Below are positions 1-12,131 of a stretch of 64,000 nucleotides of DNA, one piece after another; position 1 is the stretch's first letter, and every line of letters starts with the position of its first letter. Below the pieces are notes generated by a model. It ran no database searches. It was not told where the DNA came from and saw only the letters and a list, made by a program, of their open reading frames with translations. Origin of the DNA: Mustelus asterias (taxonomy: Eukaryota); the NCBI RefSeq assembly GCF_964213995.1, contig NC_135803.1:63426001-63490000 (forward strand), in the 5' to 3' direction. The translations under genes and the position numbers were made by a program.

Positions 1-202
1 TCTATTATATGAGGAAAACATGATCTCTCTTACATAACTTTAAACATCGATTGTCTTCAATGCATCCACGACCTACTCTGTGCACAGTTGACTGGCTAGT
101 ACTGATGTCCTTTACATATAATGACTACTATTTATACAGAGCTTTGCAAACTAACACAATTCCCAACGTAAAGTCCCTTCTGACAGTACACATGGACATA
201 AT

Positions 203-330
203 GGTCAGGATTTTCCAGGCCACGCTCACCCCAAAGCCAGAAAATCCCACCTGAGGTCAATGGACCTTTGCATGGTCCATGTCCCACCTGCTACAATTCT
301 CATGGCGGGCGGGACGGGAAAATTCCAACC
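203..330. mobile_element. Small MITE (~128 bp), Harbinger-like
   Basis: Imperfect terminal inverted repeats GGTCAGGATTTTCC ... GGAAAATTCCAACC, interrupting the Gypsy 3' region. Confidence 0.6.
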
Positions 331-851
331 GATGAGTCGAACAGGGGATGGCAGTTTCATTGAGGTTGTTCCCTCATTGCCAGAATCTCTTCCAGAGTAC
401 TCTCCTGGGATTCTGGAAGATCGTGTTGTTCAGCTTGAGGGTCCCTTTCTGACGGACCACAGGTAGCTGGTGCCACAGATGCTGTAACGACCCTTGGGGT
501 GATCAACTCTAACTCTGAAATACTAGGTTTGGGCAGCCCTTGTGGGGCCAACGTGGACAGTTCCATCATTTGTGGGGCTTCCCACAGCTGATGCGGTGCT
601 GTGACCAATTTGTCTGCATATCTGCTCCAGACTAGCTCTTCCTTGATCTGTACTGTGTAGGACAAAGGTCCCATTTTTGCAACAGTGGTAGCTGTTACCC
701 AGTTTTCTCCAGAAGTATAATTCCTGACCAGAACGCACTTCCCTCGCTGAAAAGTCCTCGACTTTGCACTTCATGGTCTTCTGGTCATCTGTCCCTCTTG
801 GTTCTGTTCAACTACGTCTCGGGTCTTCTCTGGCTGCAGCAGGTCAAACAT

Positions 852-1495
852 GGGTCGCGATTCTCCCATCCCGCTGCGCTAACTTTTTAGCACAGCTGGC
901 TGAGAGAATCGCGCGGGCGGCTATGCGTGGGATTCACGCAAGTGTTCGCGCCCCGCTAGCCTCTCCCAGCGCTGGATTACTGGCAGGGAAGCAGGGCTAG
1001 CATTTAAATTATATTTTAAACATCGTTTAAATGATATTAGCGGGCCCGGGACTGAATTCTCTGGGCCTGCTAGCCTCTCCCACCCCGCCAGAGCGTTTCA
1101 CTCCAGTAGGGTATATAGTACCTCTCCACTTTTGGGGAGCTAGCGGCCTGACCCCACTGGAGTGAAGGGGGGACAATTAGGGACGCCAGAAGGTCGGGCA
1201 GCAGGGGGGTGGTGATTCTCCCTGGGCATGGGTACCTTGGCACTGCCAGCCTGTGCCCCCTGACACTGCCCAAGGGGCAGGTGCCAATGCTCAGGAAGTA
1301 TCTTGGCACTGCCCATCGTGCATGGGGGTGGGGGGGGGGGGGGGCGTCCTGCTGCCACTCTGCCATTGGAATCGGTCGGGGCAGCAAGGAGGCCAGCGAT
1401 CAGGGTGGGCTGGAGGGGGGGCCTGCCGGGGAAGAGGGGGGTGAGGATCTGCATTGCAGGGGGCGGGGGGAAATCGGCACTGCTGGAGGGGGTAA
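852..1495. mobile_element. GC-rich non-autonomous DNA transposon (MITE), truncated; same family as 11140-12131
   Basis: Starts GGGTCGCGATTCTCC. Long collinear similarity to 11140-11700 (GCATTTAAATTATATTT, GGACTGAATTCTC, GACCCCACTGGAGTGAAGGGGG). Confidence 0.75.
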
Positions 1496-2072
1496 TTGTT
1501 AGGCAGCATCTGACAAGAGAATAACTCACCTCTGTGAACTGAATGCTAAGGGACTTAGCTAACTCAGCTTCAGCCCAAGTCACTGGAACCTTTAAATTTT
1601 GAATTGGTAACACTAATATCAAAATAATTGTAACAAGAGCATTTTCATAGTTAGAAAATGTAGAAATTGCTGTTTCTCTGACTGACTGTACCAGATCCCG
1701 TATGAGTAGGCAGACAGCACCAACACCCACCTTTGCAATCGAGCTACTGCCATGGACGTTGTCCCAGTGTACAGTCCTAAGATAAATGTCACTGGCCTAT
1801 GGTCTATTAGAAACACAAAATGCCGATCATAAAGGAAATGGTAAACTTTATTGACACCAAAGATGAGTCCCAAGCATTTTTTTGCCACCTGAGCATACTT
1901 TTCCTCAGCTGGCAACAATGACCCAGAAGTGAATCCTATGGGTCATTCCTTCCTGTTTGGCATAATGTGAGACAGGACAGCCCCAACCGCATGGGGTGAG
2001 GCATTGATTGCCAGCTGCAGTGGTAACTTTGGGTTGAAGTGAGCTAGCACTTTCGATCTCTTCAAAGCCAGC

Positions 2073-2366
2073 TTTAAGTTTAAGTTTATTAATTAGTGTC
2101 ACAAGTAGGTTTACATTAACACTGCAATGAAGTTACTGTGAAAATCCACTAGACGTCTGTACGGGTACACTGAGGGAGAATTTAGCATGGCCAACACATG
2201 TAACCAGTATGTCTTTTGGACTGTGGAAAGAAACCAGAGCACCTGGAGGGAACCCATGCAGACACGAGGAGAACGTACAGACTCCACACAAACAGTGACC
2301 CAAGGCAGTTAATTGAACCCGGGTCCCTGGCACTGGGAGGCAGCAGTGCTAACCACTGTGCCACCA
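2073..2366 (-). mobile_element. tRNA-derived SINE (HE1-type head, second tail type)
   Basis: Reverse strand reads GGTGGCACAGTGGTTAGCACTGCTG (A box), GGTTCAATT (B box) and the conserved HE1 body. Tail is CAGTAACTTCATTGCAGTGTTAATGTAA...AATAAACTT. Confidence 0.9.
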
Positions 2367-2515
2367 TTGCTATACGTCCCTGTAGATCTCCTCAGATTCT
2401 TTGGTCTACTTCCATAGCTGTCCTTTCCCCAGCAACCGGTGAATTGGTTTCAACACTGTCATCAGATCCACAATGAATTGATAAATCCCAAAAATCACCT
2501 CAACTGGGACAAATT

Positions 2516-3398
2516 GGGCCCGATTGTACCATCAGGTTGTGCCCGTTTTCAGGTAAGAAAACTTGGTAAAGTTGGGTGTGAGGCGAGTAGCACGACCCGC
2601 GCCCGCCTCCATGTCGGTTCCCTCTTTACCAAGGCCCAAAAATGGCCGCGATCGGGCCCACGGCCATTACGGGCATGACAGCCATTTAAATGAATTTGTA
2701 TACAGTTAAATTGACTTAATGGGATGCACACCCAACCTTACCGGCATTTCCCCCTTTACCACCACGTTTGCCCATCCAGAATCAGTGCAAAACAGACATG
2801 CTCTACAAAAGTCTGATTCGGGCACTCCAGCCAGTGAGGAGGTAAGTGCCGAATGGCCGACGGCTCTCTGCTTCAGATTGGTGGGGAGGTGGGGGGTGGG
2901 GTGGGGGGGAGGTGGGGCGGGGGAGGAGGGGTTGGGTCCGACGGCTCTCCCTGCTTGAGATCAGTGCGGGGGGGAAGGGGGGGTTCCACTGCCATTCTGC
3001 CTGGGATCAGTGAGGGGGAAGGGGGGAGGGGCCCACGATTGGTCTGGGTGATGGGGGTGGGGGATAAGGAGGTAAGTAATGTTGTAGGGGTGGGGCAATA
3101 TCTGTGGGGGCCGGGGGAAGGCATTATCCGGCCCAGGAGTGATGTGGCAGGGGATCTTCATTCTATTCTTTTTTTGTCTGTGCATGTGTAGGTTGGAGTT
3201 GGAGGTGCTGATTGGAGCTGCAGGATTTTGGGTGCGTTAAGCCCCACCCACAGACTTCTGCAGCGTTATTCAGAATTGCTGATCTTTTTTCAGGCAGAGT
3301 GCATATGGGGGTGCCTGAAAACGGGACTAAAAGTCGGATCTGTAACACTCCCAGTTTTAAGTCCACCCAGCACTTGGAATCAAAATAAAATAGTGCTC
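2516..3398. mobile_element. Harbinger-like MITE with 3-bp TSD ATT inserted in Gypsy RT
   Basis: ATT at 2513-2515 and 3399-3401. Degenerate TIR (GGGCCCGATTGTACC vs AATAAAATAGTGCTC, 9/15). Removing it restores the Gypsy frame KASRPDN-LSQLR*FLGFIN. Confidence 0.8.
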
Positions 3399-3772
3399 AT
3401 TGTCTGGTCTTGAGGCCTTCATGATGGGCTCCATCTTCTTGAACACCTTGTGGAACCCACCGTCATCAATTGCCTGACCCAAGTATTCAATGGAGTCCTT
3501 GAAGAACTCACATTTCTCTCTCTTGACTTGTAGACCATGCTCCTTCAACCTCTTTAAGGTATCCTCCAAGTTCTTCAAATGCTCTTCCTTTGTTGAACCT
3601 GTGACCAAGATATCATCCAGGCAACACTGGGCTTGCATCAATCCACTCAAGATTTGGTCTATGGTCCTCGAGAGCAGAGCCGGAGCTGACATAATGCCAA
3701 AGGGAAGCCACTTATAGTGGAATAGACCCCTGTTTGCGACTATCATTAGTGGAGGTTGTGAATTCTTCAAAG

Positions 3773-4650
3773 GTGAGTGGGTCAGGTGGATTGGCCATGC
3801 AAAATTGTCCCTTAGTGTCAGGGAGACTAACTAGAATAAAACCCCGGGGCTATGGTGTTGTAGGCAAAAATACCTCAGACTAGTCGTAGGTCAAAATACA
3901 GTGGTTTATTTTCACAATTGTGGGAGAGGTCCGATTCCTAACACGGTCCCAGGCCTCTCAGCAAATACAGGTTAAGAACATATATTTATACCACCCCCCC
4001 CCCCCCCCCCCGCCCCCGTCACGTCCGCAGTTTCCCAGGCCCCTCAGGTTCCCAGGCTGTGGCTTGTCCTCCATTGAGTGAACCTTGCTGCCTTGGCGGT
4101 TTCTTCACGGTTGTCTCAAGGCTGCGATTGTTGCTCTCTGTGGACACCTGTGGGGCAGTCTCGCACAAACAAGTTAACTGGCATACAGAGGTGCAGGGGC
4201 CTATATACAACAATTTATGTATGTTCGTAGGTACCTGTATAATTTATATCAGTAAGGATATGATGAATATATATGAATGTATCATTATACGATCACAGAA
4301 GGCCTGCATGTAGGCTCCACTGTTACACAGCAGTACATAATATTAAAGAACACAAAATGGCTACCAGCTGGGTTAGCCACATTCCTGAACAGATTAGCCG
4401 GGAAAAACATTATTTTGTATACAACAGCTGCTGCCCTTATCTGTTTGGATACATGAAAAACAGGTTCTGCAGACACGAAAACAAGTACAATGCGTCTCAC
4501 AAACCCTCAAGTATTTCTCTCAAGTGTTACAAAAGTTCATTAACCCTTTCCCGTCTTCATATGGGGATAGGGCCTGGGTGGGATTGTGGTCAGTGCAGAC
4601 TCGATGGGCCGAATGGCCTCCTTTTGCACTGTAGGATTCTATGATTCTAT
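3773..4650 (+). mobile_element. 5'-truncated HE1 SINE split by a solo LTR
   Basis: 3773-3855 (GGTGGATTGGCCATGC...) continues at 4560-4650 (GGGATAGGGCCTGGGTGGGATTGTGG...ATTCTATGATTCTAT). Confidence 0.85.
3856..4559. mobile_element. Solo LTR, 704 bp, TG...CA, 5-bp TSD TATGG
   Basis: Begins TGTTGTAGG and ends CGTCTTCA. TATGG at 3851-3855 and 4560-4564. Confidence 0.85.
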
Positions 4651-5550
4651 ACCCCCATTTGCAGATAGTCCTTAGTTAGGTCCATCTTGAAGAATTTCTT
4701 TCCCCCTGACAGACCATTAAATAGTTCCTCTATGAGAGACAGTGGGTACTGGTCCGCACACAGGGCTGGGATTATTGTCACTAAGATCCTCAAAGATTCT
4801 CACCATTCCATCTGATTTTATGACTGGAACAATTGGGATGGCCCATTCACTGGTGGTCACTGGTTCCAACACCCCCAAATCCACCAGCCATTCAAATTCA
4901 GCCTCCAATCTAGGCCTAAAGGCATACAGTACCAGAAATGCCTTCAAACTCCTTGGACAAGTCTTTGGCTTCAACCATTTTTTAACCTTGACACCCTTCA
5001 ACTCTCCAAGGGTTCCTTGGAAGACATTCTTATATTTTTCCAACATATCTTGGAATGTCATGTTCGGGTCCGTCAGCCTATTTACCACGCCCCAGTTCAA
5101 TTTCAACTTCTGTAACCAGGAGCGTCCGAAAAATGCAGGATAGTCACCTTTCACCATATAGTGGCAGCTCTGCACATTGGTCTCTCAACTGTATCTTCAC
5201 CATACATACCCCTTGAGGGGAACCATTTACTTGATATATGTTCGCAATGTGATCTTTGCAGGCTTCAGTGGCAGGACTTTTAACCTTCTGGTACACTACT
5301 TCGGGAATCAAACACACAGCCACCCCATGTCCGCTTCTATTTTCACGGTTTTCCCTTCCAATTTAGGGAGAACCCAGAACCAAACGGTGTCACCTTGTAC
5401 CGATAGAATGTTTAGCCTGAGCTCTTGTTGCTCTGCACTGTCTGCTCCTTTTGCAGACCCAGCTGACTTTACTGTTATAAAGGGGAAGTTGATCTCCTCT
5501 CTGAGAGCTAACACTTAACCACTCAAAGGGGAGTACTTCACTTTATTATC

Positions 5551-6442
5551 TGTTAAAAGTGTGTGAGAAATAGTATGATCTGCTCTTCAGCAACTTCTTG
5601 TGGTTAATTCAAAAATTATTACCTGAGACTCTCTCTTTAAAATCAACAAGTGATACTTTATTTATCTAACTAATAGTGAACAGGTTAACTAAACTATTAA
5701 CAAACCGAATAAAACACTATTCGAATGGAATGCTATTTAGATAAATACAGTTCCCACTTATTAACAAAAAATAGAGTTTTTTAGTCACTCAAAATTTCAA
5801 CCAGGTTTGTCGTCTTCTGTAATCTTCTGTCTTCTGTCTGGAATCTGTTTTCTTTTTTGCTACCTTTTCTATTCAGATGAAGCATTGAGCTAAAAGCTAT
5901 TAGCCGTGGCAGAGAATAGTTGCTGTTTCTCTCTGGAGCTGAGGGCTAGCTCTTATACCCCTAATGACATACCAACATCCCCACAATAGAATTGGTTCTC
6001 AGGTTACCAAAACATCAAATTCAACTTGTACCAATAGAATGTTTAGCCCGCGGCACGGTAGCACAGTGGTTAGCACTGCTGCTTCACAGCTCCAGGGTCC
6101 TGGGTTCGATTCCCAGCTCGGGTCACTGTCTGTGTGGAGTTTGCACATTCTCCTCGTGTCTGCGTGGGTTTCCTCCGGGTGCTCCGGTTTCCTCCCACAG
6201 TCCAAAGATGTACGGGTTAGGTTGATTGGCCAGGTTAAAAATTGCCCCTTAGAGTCCTGGGATGTGTAGGTTAGAGGTATTAGCGGGTAAATATGTGGGG
6301 GTAGGGCCTGGGTGGGATTGTGGTCAGTGCAGACTCGATGGGCTGAATGGCCTCCTTCTGCACTGTAGGGTTTCTATGATTTCTATGAAATCTGATAGGC
6401 AAATCTGACCTCACCCACTTCCTGTGGCTCCATATGCATAAC
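5551..6442. mobile_element. Probable solo LTR interrupted by a SINE
   Basis: Begins TGTTAAAAG and has a minus-strand AATAAA (TTTATT ~5657). Ends near GCATAAC. TSD not resolved. Confidence 0.5.
6050..6388 (+). mobile_element. Full-length HE1 SINE
   Basis: GGCACGGTAGCACAGTGGTTAGC A box, GGTTCGATTCC B box, conserved body, (TTTCTATGA)n tail. Confidence 0.95.
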
Positions 6443-6444
6443 TT

Positions 6445-7175
6445 CTCTCCATTGTCCTTGAGTGGGCCTACTCTTTCTCTTGCTACCCTCTTGCTCCTAA
6501 TATATGCATAAAAAGCTCCTTGACCCTGTTTGCTAAAGACATTCCATGGCCCTTTTTAGTTCTCTTAATTCCATGTTTAAGTTCCTTCCTAGTTTCTCTA
6601 TACTCCTCAAGGACTTTGTCAGTTTTAGTTGCCTAGATCTATCATATGCACCCTTTGTCTTTATGACTAACCTTACAATTTCCCTTGTCATCCACGATTT
6701 TCGAATCCTGCCATTTCTATCCTTAATTTTTATGGGGACATGCTTGTCCTGCACTTCAATCAACTGGCCTTTAAAAGCCTCCCATACTCCAGATGTGGAT
6801 TTGCCCTCAAATAGCCATTCCTAATCCACATTCCCCAGTTCCTATTTAATTTGGATATATTTGGCCCTCACCCACTTAAGCACCCTCACCTGAAGGCCAC
6901 TTTTATCCATGATAACCCGAAATCTTATGGAATTATGGTCACTAAGCCCAAAATGCTCCCCCACTGAAACATCGATCACCTGGCCCAGCCCATTCCCCAA
7001 TACCAAGTCTGGTATGGCCCCTCCCTGATTGGATTGTCAACATACTGTATCAAAAAGCCATCCTGGACACATATAACAAATTGCTCTCCATCCGAGCTCC
7101 TGGCTCTAAGAGAATCCCAGTCAATATGGGGGAAGTTAAAGTCACCCACCACATCTACCCTGCTATTTCCACACT
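6445..7175 (-). mobile_element. CR1 LINE ORF2 fragment (endonuclease C-terminus/linker)
   Basis: ORF 6533-6763 (VQDKHVP...WMTREI). The minus strand at ~7120-7150 reads VVGDFNFPHIDW. Confidence 0.85.
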
Positions 7176-7189
7176 TTTAGGTAGGGTCA

Positions 7190-8200
7190 TATGACTGGGC
7201 AGGACAGGGTTTACACAAAAAAATTGAGGCATTTTGTTGCTTGTGATCTTTAGAGAGAGGTCGCTTTCTCTGTTTCTCTCTGGATTTTTGACACTGGAAT
7301 CTGCCAGGAAATGAGTCCCTTTCTCTGATATTCTGCTGTTTGAGGATATATACTTCGCTGGAAATTGCTGTATAGGAGTCAGAAGGCAGGTGCCTCTCTC
7401 TATCTGTCCAGAGAAGTTAAAAGGCTGGCAATCTAGCATCCAGTGAGCATATCTGTTTTTGGTGCTAATTGGTTTTGAAGGAGGATTTATGTCTATGGGG
7501 ATGTTGCTTACACTGGAATGATAGAGATGGCGAGCTGTTAAGTATTATGTCATATTTAAGTATTAAGTACTTGGTGCAAGTTACATTGGATGACAAATTT
7601 ACAGCACAGTAACAATCCATTCAGCCAAACCAGACCATCAGTTTAAGTATGTTAATTTGCAAAAGTTATGCTAATTCCTTTTGTTAGAATCTAACTTTTC
7701 TTAAATAAAGTTTGCTTTAATAAAAGCTTTCTGGTGGGGCAATTGAATCATACCTGGAGCAAAACTTCTTATGCTCATCCTAATGCCAAAATCAAAAAGG
7801 TTGGGATCTAGACTAACTTCATAACATACGGGCGGCACGGTAGCACAGTGGTTAGCACTGCTGCTTCACAGCTCCAGGGTCCCGGGTTCGATTCCCAGCT
7901 CCGGTCACTGTCTGTGTGGAGTTTGCACATTCTCCTCATGTCGGTGTGGGTTTCCTCCGGGTGCTCCGGTTTCCTCCCACAGTCCAAAGATGTGCGGGTT
8001 AGGTTGATTGGCCAGGTTAAAAAAAAAAATTGCCCTTAGAGTCCTGAGATGTGTAGGTTAGAGGGATTAGCGGGTAAATATGTGGGGATAGGGCCTGGGT
8101 GGGATTGTGGTCGGTGCAGACTCAATGGGCCGAATGGCCTCCTTCTGCACTGTAGGGTTTCTACGATGATTCAACCTTGGAGTTTCTAATCTGGTCCCTT
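7190..8200 (+). mobile_element. Probable solo LTR containing an HE1 SINE and a 76-bp templated insert
   Basis: LTR-like composition with AATAAA at ~7705 and ~7719. Boundaries approximate. Confidence 0.5.
7830..8170 (+). mobile_element. Full-length HE1 SINE
   Basis: Near-identical to 6050-6388. Confidence 0.95.
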
Positions 8201-8829
8201 GCTTATTTTAAAACAAGCAGTTTTAAAACTGAGATGTTCCTTAAGCAAGAAGTACAGCAGGTCAGCAAGCACAGGAGTGATGGATGAATGGTACTTGGTG
8301 CAAGTTACATTGGATGACAAATTTACAGCACAGTAACAATCCATTCAGCCAAACCAGACCATCAGTGTTCATGCTCCAATTGAGCATTGTCTCATCTTAA
8401 TTTACAATCGTAACTATCTTTTCCCTTCTCCTTCAAATGCTTGAGTAGTTTTCCTTTAAATGCATCTCTGCTATTTGCTTCAACCACTCCTTGTAGAAAC
8501 GAGATTCACGTTCCGATTGTGCTTTAGGTAAAAAATCTTCTGAATTCTCTTATTGGATTTCTTGATGATTATCTTAATGACTCTAGTTATGCTCTTCCCC
8601 AACAGAGGAAACATTCTCTCTCAATATACACTTTCAAAGCCATTCAGAATTTTAAAGACCTCTATTAGATCACTCCTCAGCCTTCTTTTTCCCCCAAGAG
8701 ATGAAACCCAGTCTGTCAATCATTTTCTGATGTGTATACCCACATACTGCCAGTATTATCCTTGGAAAATTAACTGCACCCTCTGGAACATGAGCAACAA
8801 AGATTTTGATGAATTCAAATTTACAGAGG

Positions 8830-9490
8830 ATAGAATGTGAGGCTGGCAAGGAATGCAATGGAATAAAGTCTAGAGATAACAAAGGCATGGATGAGTTTCA
8901 GCAGCAGAATTGAGGCAGGGTTTGAGTCAGGTCTTACAGAGGTAGAAATAGGCAGCCTTAGTGATGGCATGCTTATGTGGTCAGCAGCTCATTGTGAGGT
9001 GAAATATGACACCAAGGTTGAAAACAGATTTGTTCAGCCTCAGGCCATTGCCAATAAGAGGGATGCAGTTAGTAACGAGGGCACTGAGTTTGGAGCACGG
9101 AATTAAGACAATGATTTTGTCTTAGCAATATTTAATTGGAGGAAATTTCTTTTCACCAGTACTGGACGTCGAATAAGCTGTCTGCCAATTTAGAGATAGT
9201 GCAGCAGCAGAGGTGATGATCAGGTAGAGCTGGATGACCTCAATTTACATGCAGATGTCACTAAGAGGCTGCATGCATATGAAAAATAGAAAGTTGCCTC
9301 TGGCTGACACCAAAGGCACCAGTGCAGGAGCAGGAAGAAAAATAATTGTAGGTAATTCTCTGGTCACAATTCAACAGAGAAGAATGGAACCAGGCAAGTC
9401 CAGTCCCATCCAGCTGGGGAGAAGGATGGCATAGTCAGCCATGTCAAAGGCTGCAAAAACGTTCAGAGGGATGATTTATCTTTCACTGTC
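8830..9490 (-). mobile_element. Old L2-like LINE RT fragment
   Basis: Degenerate RT-like minus-strand sequence, e.g. a 'FAAFDMADY' segment at ~9430-9460. Heavily decayed. Confidence 0.5.
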
Positions 9491-9499
9491 ACATTGATC

Positions 9500-9787
9500 T
9501 GTAATCCCCACAGCTTGCCTGGACTTGCAGAATTTCACTGGCTTTCCTGTCTGGAGACAATACACATCTCTTTGACCTGTCTTGGTGCTCTCTCCACTCA
9601 CATTGTTTGTACCTTTAAGACTTGATTAGTTGTAAGTATTCGCATTCCAACCATTATTCTGTAAATTGAGTTTGTGTCTTTATATGCCCTGTTTGTGAAC
9701 AGAATTCCCACAAGGCTCCGAAAACTTGTGGCTTTTGCTACCAAATAAACCTGTTGGACTTTAACCTGGTGTTGTTAAACTTCTTAC
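9500..9787 (+). mobile_element. Penelope-like element pseudo-LTR (hammerhead core deleted)
   Basis: Collinear with 41330-41627 and ends CCAAATAAACCTGTTGGACTTTAACCTGGTGTTG...CTTCTTAC. The CTGANGA segment is missing at ~9710. Confidence 0.9.
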
Positions 9788-9796
9788 ATTGGATGA

Positions 9797-10650
9797 TGTC
9801 ATGATGAACCTGCAGCAAGCACTTCCCCTCCTGTTTTGGTTCATTCTGCTGGTTGCCTGTTACAGACAGGGATAAGGATAACTTCCCCTCTTAAAATGTG
9901 TTTTTGAGAAGAAGTATTTTAATCCCTTGAGCACTTTCACTTTAAAGAACAGGCGTTCTTGCAAGTTTAATTCAAAAGGATAAACATTTATTTCTCACAA
10001 CATTCAAAAATTGCAACAACACTCATTCTTCACACATACTAGATCTATACACAGACACACAAGAACAGATTATTTCTAAAAAAGTAACATGCACTTAAAT
10101 TTGAGGATAAAAAAAATCACCCTAATTAGTCCTCAAGATGGAGGTGAAAACTTTGCAGGCCTAAAGGATTCCCTCTTGATACACTGAAGAAAAATGAAGG
10201 TTGGCAGTTTCTGGTGATGAAATTGCATTGGTTTACCCCAAACAGCAAATCTTCGCTTTTTTCAGTCAAAGTTAGTACAGCCTCCTGTATTTAAGAACTA
10301 TACTCTGGCAGATGAACCAAATAAGCCCCAATTCACTGCCTAAGGTGACTTTTCAGGCAGGGCAAAAGATGGCTTTCCTCTAGTCTTCATACCATACACC
10401 AACCTACGTGCCTGTTCTCGTGGATTAATAAAGTATTTCGAGGTATTTCATACTGCAAGCCAGTTTCTGTCATGTGATTGCAGGATTGAAGTTTTCCGAT
10501 GTAGATGCAATAGGTTGATGATTAAGTAATTCACCACACTGTGGAGGGTGTTTGTTATCCCAGCAAAATTCCAGCTATTGTTAGGCTGTGAAATATCTTT
10601 ATTTGTAATTCCATCTTAAATGGCAACCATGTCATTTTAAATCCTTTCCA
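9797..10650. mobile_element. Probable solo LTR
   Basis: Starts TGTCATGA and has a minus-strand poly(A) signal (TTTATT ~9987). End and TSD unresolved. Confidence 0.45.
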
Positions 10651-11139
10651 CTGAAATGGTAAAGGTAGTCAATCAGCATCTTGGAAGGTCACTAGCATTT
10701 TAAGTAACTTCTGAGAGATATGTTCTTTCACATCTATCTCTGTCTGTCCAGAAACCTCAAAATATCGCCTCTTTGTGAAGGTATGGTGTTCATATCCCAT
10801 GCTGCATTTTAAAGGCAAAATGTCCAAATTCCAATACGTTTTATAGGCATATACATGTGACAGTAACATTGCCTCCTGAGAGGCTCCAGCCCTTCTCTTG
10901 ACAGATGACAAGGAGCTGGAGGTCAAGAGGTCAACCACCTGTAACCAATCTCCTTGCATGGACAGCAGCAGCATAGGATGGCTGACTGACAAGTATGAAA
11001 ATTGCACTGTTGGATTGGCAGTTAGTAGAGGCTGAATGCCTTTTATTTTGAAAAAGGACAGCAAGTCTGTGCTCCATGGTGCCACTGCCATTCCCCTAAA
11101 AAGTTAGGACCAACATGGGTCTCTGTACAATGAAATGAG

Positions 11140-12131
11140 TTGCCGCAATTCTCTGGTCCCGCTGTGCTCTGCTAACATTTCCCAGCGCTGGATTTCCGGC
11201 GTGGAAATCAGTGGGGCGAGCATTTAAATTATATTTAAATATCATTATTAGCGGGTCTGGGACTGAATTCTCCGTGCCCGCTAGCCTCTCCAACCCGCCA
11301 GAGTATTTCACTCCAGCGGGGATTACACTAGCTCCCCACTTTTGGGGAACTAGTGGCCCGACCCCACTGGAGTGAAGGGGGCAATGGGGGCTGCTACAGG
11401 CAGTTGGGCAGTGGTGTCCACTCGACATGGGCACCCTAGCAGAGCCAGCCTGTGCCCCCTGGATTGTCCAAGGGGCAAAGTGCCCATGCCCAGGGGGCAC
11501 CTTGGCACTGCCCACTGGGCATTAGGCAGTGTCAAGGGGGTGGGGCCTATTGGGGGCCAAGGGGGTGGGGCACATGGGGGCAGGGCCTAGGGGGCGATTG
11601 ATTGGGGTGGGGGGCTCCGCTGCCACTCTGCCTTTGGGATCAATCGGGGCAGGAGGGGGGGTCAGCAATCAGGAGCTGCTGAGTGGGGTCTGCCTGCGAG
11701 GGTGTCTGCATGCAGGGGAGTGGTGGGGTGATTGGCACTGCGGGGAGGGGGTACTGGAGATCGAGGCCGTCCCAACGGGGAGGGGGGGTTTGAAACTGGC
11801 CCGGGAATGGTTAGGGGGGGGGGCGTGATCGGGCTGTGGGGAATTGGAGGGGCAGCACTGCAGAGGTCTCGGGCTGGCGAGCAATCGAGCTGGCCAGCAA
11901 ACAGGAGGTTGACAGTACAGGGCAACCGCACATGCGCAGAGGCCTGCAGGTTTCAACCCCCCAGGCGGAGATAGGCCCTGTCCTCTGAAATCTATATTCA
12001 TGCTGGTGGCCTTTGCATTGCACAAAGTGTGGGAGATTCTAGTGTGAACTCCCATGCAAAAAAACAGCATGAATTACTCCAGTTATCTCACAAATTCAAT
12101 ACTTAGAATTTTTGGGGGGAGAATTCCACCC
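11140..12131. mobile_element. GC-rich Harbinger-like MITE, near full length
   Basis: Ends TGCCGCAATTCTC ... GGAGAATTCCACCC (imperfect TIR). Homologous to 852-1495. Confidence 0.75.

Larger units (their letters stand above)
100..5550 (-). mobile_element. Degenerate Gypsy/Ty3 LTR retrotransposon (gag end-protease-RT-RNase H-integrase C-terminus), fragmented by nested insertions
   Basis: Minus-strand pieces in pol order: protease-like 5308-5400, RT N-terminus 4717-5175 (LGVLEPVTTSEWAIPIVPVIKSDGMVRI), RT core 3400-3770 (RGLFHYKWLPFGIMSAP, CLDDILVTG), RNase H 1619-1918 (EEKYAQ, FLIDHRP, RLQRW), integrase tail 357-774. Stops and frameshifts present. Ends approximate. Confidence 0.9.

Noticed and set aside
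1070-1524. Cluster of overlapping Pro/Gly-rich ORFs (likewise 2719-3191 and 11096-12070)
   Set aside because: They lie in GC-rich MITEs where stop codons are rare, and show no protein motifs.
6050-6125. tRNA-like A and B boxes
   Set aside because: They are SINE heads with no complete cloverleaf, so not tRNA genes.
5964-6269. Recurrent ORFs such as SLSVWSLHILLVSAWVSSGCSGFLPQSKD and MDCGRKPEHPEETHAD
   Set aside because: These are translations of HE1 SINE copies, not a gene family.
10669-11091. 140-aa minus-strand ORF
   Set aside because: No recognisable domain, sandwiched between TEs, and no convincing splice context.
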